NCBI GenBank assembly: GCA_002376725.1
Contig: DFOM01000059.1
Span: forward strand, 25,113-89,112
Direction of reading: 5' to 3'
Source of the DNA: Cloacimonetes bacterium UBA3541
Lineage (GTDB): Bacteria > Cloacimonadota > Cloacimonadia > Cloacimonadales > Cloacimonadaceae
DNA: 64,000 nucleotides
Positions 56,484 to 64,000 of the stretch are shown here, piece by piece (the first letter of the stretch is position 1; each line of letters opens with the position of its first letter). Position numbers and translations under genes: made by a program. The notes beneath the pieces are model-generated. The model did not search any database. It worked only from the letters and a program-made list of their open reading frames with translations, and had not been told where the DNA came from.

Positions 56484-56564
56484 GACTCTTTCTTGACTCT
56501 TTCTTGACTCTTTCTTGACTCTTTCTTGACTCTTTCTTGACTCTTTCTTGACTCTTTCTTGACT
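56484..56564. repeat. 11-bp tandem repeat GACTCTTTCTT, 7 perfect copies plus a partial
   Basis: Units start at 56484, 56495, 56506, 56517, 56528, 56539 and 56550, with a partial GACT at 56561. Confidence 0.92.
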
Positions 56565-56726
56565 AAAGAGCTAAGAAACAGACAAGAGCGAGGCAAGTAT
56601 AAATAAACCTCATTGCATATATTTTATCAGATAAATTTTTAGAATTTCTTACTCTATATTTTTCCATATCATTCATATATTCAATATTTTTTTGAATTTC
56701 ATAGGTTAAGTAAGAAAAAGTCAAAA

Positions 56727-56754
56727 ATGAAAAAAGCCCTGCCAAAACAGGGCT
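56727..56754 (-). terminator. Rho-independent terminator of the PPIase gene
   Basis: Minus strand: AGCCCTG-ttttgg-CAGGGCT followed by TTTTT, about 20 nt after the stop at 56774. Confidence 0.7.
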
Positions 56755-56773
56755 TTAAAATTGAGATTTCTAT

Positions 56774-58798
56774 TTATTCTTCAAATTCCAGTTTAATTTT
56801 GCCTTCCAGGGAATCAATCATAAATTGAGCTGATTCATTGAGGTCTCCCTGAGGATATTTTTTTAAGAAATCCTTAAACAACTGGAGAGCGTAGTCCTCA
56901 TCTTTAAGCTCTTCGGCAATGATAAAAGCCTTCATAAAAGAAGCACGATAATCATCCGAACCATTGGGATAATGCTGAATTATTTGGTCATAGATAGCAA
57001 TAGCATCATTGAAATTGCGACTTTTGGCAGCATTATCTGCCATCTTGAAGAATTCATCCGCAGTCACCTGAAGAGTGATTCGCTCTGGATGAAGAACCAT
57101 ATTAAACTCTTCGTACAGTTCCTGAATCACTTTTTCTTGTTGAGCCATCTGTCTCTCTTTTCTAAGGATATTATATATACTGGGTTCAACTTCAGTAAAG
57201 GATTTAACTTGAGCTGGGGTTTCCGATATAATCTGGAAAAAGACAATATCACCTCTAGCCGTTTTGAACACAGGACTGATATATCCCACAGGATTATTCC
57301 AGACCATATCACAAAAATCTTTATCCGGTCCTATGCCAGTAATTATACCATTATTATATATATGGTCTAAAATAGATAAGTTAGGTCTAGTGGATTTGGT
57401 TTCAATTAGGTTATTAATTCTAGTAGTATCATCAAAAGCAGTGTAAAGTGCATATAGTTTACGAACTGATTCAGCTGTTTGTTCATCGTTAAACCAGAGA
57501 ACTTGAATAGTTCTATAACTGGGATTGGTAAAATCCTGAATATGAGCTTCAAAATAGGCACGAGTATCTTCGCTACTTATATTTATGGAATCAACAACCA
57601 AAATTTTATAAGCTTTTTGGAGCAAATAATAGCGTTGCATCTGCTGGTAATTTTCGTCATCTTTTATATACTCTTCATAATTTTGGTTTTTAGCTTCAAG
57701 ATAGAGAAGGTTACGAATAAGTTCTTGGTCAAGAAATTGTTTGGCTCCACCACCTTTACTATAAAATAGTTGTTCCTGAGGAGAAAGTTTTGAAAAGCTA
57801 TCCAGTAAAGTTTTAACAGTAATGGTCAACTCAGGTGCAGATGCAGTAACCAGGACTTGCTCTTCTATATCTTTATTTTGGGAAGGGTTTCTCAGGTCAA
57901 TCTGAGTAACGATAGTAGAATCCACTATTACAGCATATTTAGCCTTTAAATTGGTCATAAGATCATTAAGTAAACGAGCTTCCACTACTGGTTTAACACG
58001 CTGTTCTAGCTCAGAATAAACTTCTTCATAGGTTTTTTGATAGCCAGGTTGATGATCAACGACGCGGAAAACATACCATCCAGTAGTTGTTTTATAAGGA
58101 CCAAGGATGGCAGTAGTATCCGGTTGTGCTTTAGCAATGAGGTCTTCCAGTTCATAATCATTACCTATTCCAGGAATATTTCCATTTAGCCGGATATTTC
58201 TAACTACACTTTTCAGGCTCTTTATATAGTTATTGATATTATAAAGGTTAGAGACCTCTTCAAAACTTTTACCGGAGCGGAGTTCCTGAACTGCTTGTTG
58301 AGCCGTTTCCTCATCTGACAATTGAATAATATTTGCGGTAATGTTAGGATTAATGTAGAAAATCTTTTTATTTTCCTCATAATATTGTTGTTTGTCCTCA
58401 TCAGTGACTACAACCAAATCGGTTATATTCCTTTTATAAAATTCCTGGATAAGAAATTGCTTTTTGGCTGTTTCTATATTAGCCACGACTTCAGGATCTT
58501 CATTCAGCTTTAATTGCATGGCTTTAGCAGCAAATACTTCTTCCATCGCAATAGCATCTAAAACCTGTTTTTGTCCTTCAATAGTCTTATATCTTCCTTG
58601 CATATTGGGAGGAAGATGGGAGATTCTTTTTTCCAAGTCAGCCCGGGTAATAACACCTCCATCAAATTCCGCTAAGATATCGGATTCATTTATTCTGTTA
58701 TTATTAGAAACTTCTGTAGTTGTTAAATTATCGGCAAAATTAGTAGTTAGAGCTAACAGAGCTATCGTAATGACAGTGAACCATTTTTTTAGATGCAT
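56774..58798 (-). CDS. Periplasmic peptidyl-prolyl isomerase/chaperone (SurA/PpiD-like, two parvulin-type domains, TPR-like C-terminus)
   Basis: Signal peptide. Parvulin-like stretches SGKSFEEVSNLYN...GPYKTTTGWYVFRVVD and GYISPVFKTARGDIVFFQIIS. C-terminal FNDAIAIYDQIIQHYP. Confidence 0.8.
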   Translation of the reverse strand: MHLKKWFTVITIALLALTTNFADNLTTTEVSNNNRINESDILAEFDGGVITRADLEKRISHLPPNMQGRYKTIEGQKQVLDAIAMEEVFAAKAMQLKLNEDPEVVANIETAKKQFLIQEFYKRNITDLVVVTDEDKQQYYEENKKIFYINPNITANIIQLSDEETAQQAVQELRSGKSFEEVSNLYNINNYIKSLKSVVRNIRLNGNIPGIGNDYELEDLIAKAQPDTTAILGPYKTTTGWYVFRVVDHQPGYQKTYEEVYSELEQRVKPVVEARLLNDLMTNLKAKYAVIVDSTIVTQIDLRNPSQNKDIEEQVLVTASAPELTITVKTLLDSFSKLSPQEQLFYSKGGGAKQFLDQELIRNLLYLEAKNQNYEEYIKDDENYQQMQRYYLLQKAYKILVVDSINISSEDTRAYFEAHIQDFTNPSYRTIQVLWFNDEQTAESVRKLYALYTAFDDTTRINNLIETKSTRPNLSILDHIYNNGIITGIGPDKDFCDMVWNNPVGYISPVFKTARGDIVFFQIISETPAQVKSFTEVEPSIYNILRKERQMAQQEKVIQELYEEFNMVLHPERITLQVTADEFFKMADNAAKSRNFNDAIAIYDQIIQHYPNGSDDYRASFMKAFIIAEELKDEDYALQLFKDFLKKYPQGDLNESAQFMIDSLEGKIKLEFEE

Positions 58799-58905
58799 TA
58801 TTTTCTCCTAATTTTAGTATTATATATAAAGCTAAAAAAAGTATGGACAAAAAAGCGTCAAGATATTTATATAGACCTATGAGTTTGTAAATAAAATTTA
58901 ATAAT

Positions 58906-58921
58906 TGGCACGCATTGTGCA
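58906..58921 (+). promoter_or_regulatory. Sigma54 (-24/-12) promoter upstream of the pilin gene
   Basis: TGGCAC-gcatt-GTGCA, with GG (58907-58908) and GC (58919-58920) separated by exactly 10 nt. AAAGGAGG is the RBS and the ATG at 58965 follows. Confidence 0.6.
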
Positions 58922-58964
58922 TATATATAAAATATAAGAAAAAATCCGAAAGGAGGAAATTACA

Positions 58965-59411
58965 ATGCTCAGAAAACTTCAAGGACAAAAGGGATTTACC
59001 CTTATTGAAGTGTTAGTGGTGGTTATTATTGTTGCCATTCTTGCTGCATTAGCAGTTCCCATATACTTGAGATATGTGGAAAAGTCTCGTTCCACTGAGG
59101 CTCAAACGGCAATAGCTGCCATACGTAAAACTTATGATGTATACCGTCAAACCACGGGAACAACTCAAGACTACACTATAGAAAAAGCAATGAAGGATGC
59201 TAATTTAGGTGAAAGCACGCTAAAAAACTGGAAATTTGAAGTAGTAGGCAATCCTCCAAAGAAATTCATTGCTACTTCCACGGAAGAGTTTCCTGGTGGT
59301 CCTGATAAACAAGTGTGGTATGATGTCCAGGAAGCTAAATTTCATGGTTACGGTATTGATGAGTTTACGAACCCCGAGACGGAGGCAATGGAAACCGAAA
59401 CTGGCAAATAA
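58965..59411 (+). CDS. Type IV pilin / pseudopilin with prepilin N-terminal methylation motif
   Basis: QKGFTLIEVLVVVIIVAILAALAVP (G/F cleavage site, Glu+5). Confidence 0.88.
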   Translation: MLRKLQGQKGFTLIEVLVVVIIVAILAALAVPIYLRYVEKSRSTEAQTAIAAIRKTYDVYRQTTGTTQDYTIEKAMKDANLGESTLKNWKFEVVGNPPKKFIATSTEEFPGGPDKQVWYDVQEAKFHGYGIDEFTNPETEAMETETGK

Positions 59412-59428
59412 AAAGTGGAGGCAGTAAG

Positions 59429-60487
59429 TTGACTATCTATGAATTGTTGCAATTCACTGCGGAAGCGGGTGCGTCTGATCTGCATATCGCTGCAGGAGCG
59501 CACCCAATGGTTCGTGTGAATGGTAAAATGAAACGTCTTAATCTACCCATCTTATCCCCTGAGGAAGTTGAAGCTCTGGTTTTAGGTGTGATGACTGAAG
59601 TTCAGCAGGATATGTTCAAAGAACAACTTGAAATTGACTTTTCTACCAAACTTAGCAATGATGTTCGTTTCAGAGTAAATGCCTTCCATCAGATTAATGG
59701 CGTATCCTGTGCTTTTCGGGTTATCCCGAATGAGATTAAAAGTTATGAAGAGCTTCATTTACCTGATATTCTAAAGCGATTAACTCAGAAAGAAAAAGGA
59801 TTCGTTCTGGTAACTGGTCCAACCGGAAGTGGTAAGTCTACCACTCTGGCTACTATGATTGATTCTATCAATGAATCTCGTTATTGTCATATTATCACTA
59901 TTGAAGACCCTATTGAATTTGTTCATCATAGTAAAAATAGTCTTATAAATCAAAGAGAACTAGGACATGACACCCGTAGTTTTACTGCAGCACTAAGAAG
60001 CGCATTGCGTGAGGACCCAGATGTCATATTAGTGGGAGAAATGCGTGATTTAGAGACAGTGTCATTAGCATTGACAGCAGCTGAAACTGGACACCTGGTT
60101 TTCGCAACTTTGCATACTGGAAGCTGTACTAAATCCATAGACCGTATTATAGATATGTTTCCTAAGGAACAACAACAACAAGTAAGATCTATGCTCTCTG
60201 AATCGCTGGAAGCGGTTATATCACAGACTCTTTTACCTACTAAAGACGGCACAGGACGTGTGCCTGCAGTAGAAATTATGATTGCCAATACCGCCGTCCG
60301 AAATCTTATCCGCGAAGAGAAGACCTACCAGATCCCTTCTGTAATACAAGCCAGCACAAAAGAAGGAATGCAAACGCGAGATCAATCTTTATATAATCTG
60401 GTGATGAATAATTTAATAGAAAGAACCGTTGCAGAACAATTTGCCGACAATCCTAAACAGTTTGCTTCAGGAGCTGGATTTGTGTGA
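59429..60487 (+). CDS. pilT: Type IV pilus retraction ATPase PilT
   Basis: ASDLHIAAGAHPMVRVNG, Walker A VTGPTGSGKSTTLATMI, ILVGEMRDLET, AVISQTLLP. TTG start with a GGAGG RBS. Confidence 0.9.
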   Translation: MTIYELLQFTAEAGASDLHIAAGAHPMVRVNGKMKRLNLPILSPEEVEALVLGVMTEVQQDMFKEQLEIDFSTKLSNDVRFRVNAFHQINGVSCAFRVIPNEIKSYEELHLPDILKRLTQKEKGFVLVTGPTGSGKSTTLATMIDSINESRYCHIITIEDPIEFVHHSKNSLINQRELGHDTRSFTAALRSALREDPDVILVGEMRDLETVSLALTAAETGHLVFATLHTGSCTKSIDRIIDMFPKEQQQQVRSMLSESLEAVISQTLLPTKDGTGRVPAVEIMIANTAVRNLIREEKTYQIPSVIQASTKEGMQTRDQSLYNLVMNNLIERTVAEQFADNPKQFASGAGFV

Positions 60488-60942
60488 TGAATAGCAGAAA
60501 TTCTGCTCAATCCTTTTCGGCTACAAAACTATTACGACAAGAAAGCGGGATGACTTTGCTAGAAATCCTAGCCGTAATGGTTATTATTGTAGTTATGGTT
60601 CTGGCAATCTATATTGGAATACTTTATGCCGAAAAACAATTATTAATTAATTACCGTGACAGAGTGGCGACACTTTTAGTTACTGGTGAATTGGAAATGG
60701 AGTATTATCGGCATGTTCATGATAAACCTTTTGAATTGCAAGTTAATCGGGAATATATCATTGATGATAGAGATCCGGAACATATTGTAGTTGGATATAT
60801 GACTATAGAACAGAAATCAGCACAGGAAAGCTCAAATGAACAGTTGTTAAATTATATCTATCTGGAAGCTACATTAAGTTGGATAGATCCAGACACGAAA
60901 AAAGAAAGATTTATTAGAATGAGAGAAGATTACTTTATCTAA
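60484..60942 (+). CDS. Prepilin-type N-terminal domain protein (minor pilin)
   Basis: SGMTLLEILAVMVIIVVM. Confidence 0.7.
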   Translation: MMNSRNSAQSFSATKLLRQESGMTLLEILAVMVIIVVMVLAIYIGILYAEKQLLINYRDRVATLLVTGELEMEYYRHVHDKPFELQVNREYIIDDRDPEHIVVGYMTIEQKSAQESSNEQLLNYIYLEATLSWIDPDTKKERFIRMREDYFI

Positions 60943-60946
60943 AAAT

Positions 60947-61546
60947 ATGAAGAAACATAAAGCATCAATATTAGCACAACAAAGTGGTTTTACCTTAATT
61001 GAATTAATCGTAGTAATGGTGATTTCAGTATTATTGTTATTGATTTCGGGTTTAGGTATTGGAACTTTCTTCCGGACTTATAAGGAATTGACTGCTTGGA
61101 CTAAATTGCAACAAGATGCGCTAAATTGCCTTAACCTAATAAAAAATGGAGTTCCTGTAGGTCCGGGATCTCAAATGGAATACATAGGTGTGACTAATGC
61201 AGTAACAATGGAGTTGACTAATACTACAACTAATGTCTCTACTGGCTTAAAGATAACTCCTCCCTCATCCTATGATATTTATAAAAACGATTATGCCCAT
61301 TTTTATTTATATGATGGTGCAGTTCGTTGTACTTATATTTATCATGGCGTTCAAGCGGCTTCTCCTCTTTATATCTTCCCTGCAAAGGAAGATCTAGATG
61401 ATATAATAATAGATAAATTTAAATTTACTAAGGTCAATCCTGAGCAGAATGTTTATGTAGTTCAGGTAGAATTAGATGCCCGAGTAAAAACAGGTGCTGA
61501 TAGATATCGTATGGTAAAGTTTAAAACTAAGATGGCTAAAAAATGA
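60947..61546 (+). CDS. Prepilin-type N-terminal domain protein (minor pilin)
   Basis: QSGFTLIELIVVMVISVLLLLI. Confidence 0.75.
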   Translation: MKKHKASILAQQSGFTLIELIVVMVISVLLLLISGLGIGTFFRTYKELTAWTKLQQDALNCLNLIKNGVPVGPGSQMEYIGVTNAVTMELTNTTTNVSTGLKITPPSSYDIYKNDYAHFYLYDGAVRCTYIYHGVQAASPLYIFPAKEDLDDIIIDKFKFTKVNPEQNVYVVQVELDARVKTGADRYRMVKFKTKMAKK

Positions 61547-61576
61547 AAGAAAGTATCCCATTTATTAGGAGATTTT

Positions 61577-63454
61577 ATGTTTAATATGTTCAAACATCCT
61601 AGTGGAAATATTGCTATTGCTTTACTATTAAGCGTGATAGCGATAATGTCCGGTTTTAGCTTATCCAGTTTGGCTATGAACGATGTAGTAACTTTTCAGT
61701 ACGATTTTGAGAATTTCCAGAGTATACTTTTTCTTCGCAGTGAAGCGTATAGAGGACAAAAAATCGCTCAGAAACTAGGAACTATTTTAGTTCCGGTCAG
61801 AACTTCCGAACGTAGTATTGAATTGACGAATTCTGCCCTTAAAAAGACTTTTAAGATTCAATCCCTTCTTAGCAAGGGACGTTTACTTACTTCGGAAGAG
61901 GTAATGATGGGCGATCAGAAACAGCAAACCATTGTTGAATCACTGGTTAAATCTAAATCCGGTGTAGGACAAGTAGCAACAATGAATTCTAAATTCTCTA
62001 TGATTCGCAAATATGGAGTGTATACTTTAGAGACTGAGACTTTTGCCAAATTTATGTATTTCACGGATACGGATGAATCACCTAATGGAACTAATGTCTA
62101 TTTCCATGGTCCAGATATGCTATACGGACGTGTCCATAGCAACACCGATATCTGGATTAAGCAGACTTACGGTGGTGTTAATGGTGGCTGGCCTATTTTT
62201 TATGGTTGGGTTTCCACCGCTGGTGAAATCCAATCTCACTCAGGAAGTTATTCAGAAAGTCAGGTTTTCCCTGGTGGGCTTTCTGAGGGCTATGACTATG
62301 TTGTTTTCCCGGAAAATGCCTACCTTATTAGACGAAATGGACAAAAAGTTGGACCAGATAATTATAATTCTGATGTGATTATTTTTGTAGAAGTTGATGG
62401 AGCATCTTTTACCTATTATAAAGGAGAAATTCAATCTCCTCGTTTAGAATATGCTGATGTATATAATCCATATCCACCTCCAACTCCAACTGAACCTTTA
62501 TTTACCAATACTTATCAAGTGAGAGATACTATATGGACTTTCGGAGCACATGGTACTTCTAATAATAGGTCTAATTGGGTAAACAACCGTCTCTGGATTC
62601 GTGGAACCTTTGCTACCTATCAGACCTGGGGATCTGCTGATACAATGTTCCTAGTTGATGATATACTACTTGAAAATACACCCGTAGGAACAGACCCTAT
62701 TAATAATAATACTGATGTTGTCGGTTTAGTATCCGAAAAATCAATTGTAATTAAGTATGGTTATAGAGGCCCAATTGATTCCTTACGCCATCACGATACT
62801 TGCGGACCGGACATCGGTTATGGTGGGATCTGGATTTATGCAGCAATGGCAGCATTGGGAAATGGTCATGGTAACACTCACGCAGATGGAGTATTTACTT
62901 TTGAGTATCAACATCCTCACCCTTCAGTTCCAGACTATAGATACAATAATATTCTCTATACAAAAATAGACCTCCATCGTTATCATTTTCCTCAGACCAA
63001 TGCCTATAAATGGGCAACCTGCAATGGTCCACGCAATCTGAAAATTGATTATCCCTGGTATAATCCTTTGTGGCCCGAAAGAACACCCTATTTAGAAAGA
63101 GGTTATATTAATATTTACGGTTCAGTTTCTCAAAGACGAAGGGGATTTGTCCATCGTAGTTATTACGATGAAGAATGGCCTTCTGGTGATGAATGGAATC
63201 AACCCATAGATTACTGTGGTCCCAGTAGTTCACCCGTTAGTGTGCAACATAATGACCCCGTCTTTGGTTTTCAATTGACTAACATTGATTATCCAGGCAC
63301 ATCTGGTTCCGGGACAGGTTACGAAAAGAATTATCATTATGATAATAGGTTTTATCGTACCTCACCTATAGATTTTCCTGAAGTCAATCGTAAAGACGAG
63401 ACCCCTTTTGCTGCTGTGAACTGGATAATTAAACGTCCCCCAGAATACTTATAA
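61577..63454 (+). CDS. Large pilus-cluster protein with N-terminal hydrophobic anchor (PilX/PilY-like role possible), function unknown
   Basis: N-terminal GNIAIALLLSVIAIMSGFSLSSLA. A 625-aa ORF rich in aromatic residues and Gly, between the minor pilins and pilM. Confidence 0.6.
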   Translation: MFNMFKHPSGNIAIALLLSVIAIMSGFSLSSLAMNDVVTFQYDFENFQSILFLRSEAYRGQKIAQKLGTILVPVRTSERSIELTNSALKKTFKIQSLLSKGRLLTSEEVMMGDQKQQTIVESLVKSKSGVGQVATMNSKFSMIRKYGVYTLETETFAKFMYFTDTDESPNGTNVYFHGPDMLYGRVHSNTDIWIKQTYGGVNGGWPIFYGWVSTAGEIQSHSGSYSESQVFPGGLSEGYDYVVFPENAYLIRRNGQKVGPDNYNSDVIIFVEVDGASFTYYKGEIQSPRLEYADVYNPYPPPTPTEPLFTNTYQVRDTIWTFGAHGTSNNRSNWVNNRLWIRGTFATYQTWGSADTMFLVDDILLENTPVGTDPINNNTDVVGLVSEKSIVIKYGYRGPIDSLRHHDTCGPDIGYGGIWIYAAMAALGNGHGNTHADGVFTFEYQHPHPSVPDYRYNNILYTKIDLHRYHFPQTNAYKWATCNGPRNLKIDYPWYNPLWPERTPYLERGYINIYGSVSQRRRGFVHRSYYDEEWPSGDEWNQPIDYCGPSSSPVSVQHNDPVFGFQLTNIDYPGTSGSGTGYEKNYHYDNRFYRTSPIDFPEVNRKDETPFAAVNWIIKRPPEYL

Positions 63455-63482
63455 ATATAATGTCAATAAATATAGAGGAACA

Positions 63483-64000
63483 ATGAAGAAAACAAAAGCA
63501 ATCAAGTTCAAAGAATCTGTGGGTATTGATATTGGTAGTCATAGTGTGAAGGTAGTGCATCTGAAAAGATTGCACGAAGGCTTCAAACTATTAAACTATG
63601 AAATCAGGCCCACCATCCCTATTGATATAGAATATGTGCCCAGTGATCTGCGTCCTGATCGTTTTGCTCCTATTATAGTGGAAATAATGAAAACGCTGCA
63701 TATCAATCCTAAGAAAATTCAACACTTGGTCACTTCCGTAGGTGGTGATAATACTAGTATCAAACAGATAAAAACTATCTTCCTCCCTGATGATGAGCTG
63801 GAATCTGCTTTGTTCTTTGAAGCAAAAAAACATATCCCTATCAGTGGAACCGATATGGTGCTGGATTATCAAGTTATTAGCGTAGAAGAAAAAACTAACA
63901 ATATGAATATCTTATTAGCTGCTACTTCAAAAGAATTGCTCAACGAACATACTAATATTTTGACCACCGCCGGGTTATCACCTAATATTGTGGATGTTGA
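63483..64000 (+). CDS. pilM: Type IV pilus assembly protein PilM, N-terminal part (runs off the window)
   Basis: Not in the ORF track (open at the edge). ATG 63483 gives MKKTKAIKFKESVGIDIGSHSVKVVHLKR...ALFFEAKKHIPISGTDMVLDYQV, an actin-like ATPase PilM signature. Confidence 0.85.
   Translation, partial: MKKTKAIKFKESVGIDIGSHSVKVVHLKRLHEGFKLLNYEIRPTIPIDIEYVPSDLRPDRFAPIIVEIMKTLHINPKKIQHLVTSVGGDNTSIKQIKTIFLPDDELESALFFEAKKHIPISGTDMVLDYQVISVEEKTNNMNILLAATSKELLNEHTNILTTAGLSPNIVDV

Noticed and set aside
56563-56745. 60-aa minus-strand ORF (MAGLFSFLTF...LALVCFLAL)
   Set aside because: Its 5' end lies inside the rho-independent terminator hairpin of the upstream gene, and there is no RBS. The homologous sequence at 38012-38034 lacks a start codon. 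It is kept only as part of the shared-motif observation.

Overview
This is a 64-kb window of a low-GC bacterial chromosome. The gene content includes a T9SS-type C-terminal sorting domain, a PorV-like outer-membrane protein, a type IV pilus cluster, CoA-transferases and a malic enzyme. That mix suggests an FCB-group or candidate-phylum anaerobe (Cloacimonadota-like), but this is inference only.

The conserved backbone runs as follows:
- leuS (partial), an LTD/T9SS surface protein, htpX, a RumA-type methyltransferase
- tRNA-Lys/Glu/Glu, an M23 peptidase, thiN, xseB-ispA-dut-nadA, ftsX-like, pgsA, a TPR protein, tRNA-Asn
- After the first accessory block: SagB-type dehydrogenase, pfkA, dxr, PorV-like OMP
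- After the second accessory block: P-type ATPase, PP2C phosphatase, CoA-transferase A/B, hflX, frameshifted trmFO, malic enzyme, a SurA/PpiD-like PPIase
- A sigma54-driven type IV pilus cluster (pilin, pilT, minor pilins, pilM)

Two accessory blocks interrupt this backbone.

(1) About 14 kb lies directly 3' of tRNA-Asn (18.1-32.3 kb) and has no integrase. It carries a translationally coupled cassette: a 37-codon ORF, an m5C methyltransferase, a 697-aa protein with two Bergerat ATPase domains (MORC/MutL-like N-terminus plus a complete histidine-kinase core), a receiver-like protein with an unassigned ~290-aa C-terminal domain, and a Mig/EndoIII-type glycosylase. This is my best candidate for an undescribed defence system. 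It is followed by radC, a double HARE-HTH/PD-(D/E)xK protein, and a BcgI-like nuclease-methyltransferase with a separate S subunit, split by a DUF1016 gene. The block ends in 2.3 copies of a 135-bp twin-hairpin repeat.

(2) The second block (37.5-45.5 kb) holds two SPPY/SPPF-type restriction-modification (RM) systems. It is flanked by long AT-rich spacers, one of which is an extremely G-depleted tract with 43-44-nt periodicity.

Other oddities are two 11-bp tandem arrays, an in-frame TAA that splits a putative restriction gene, and a methyltransferase whose TRAM domain lies upstream of any canonical start codon.
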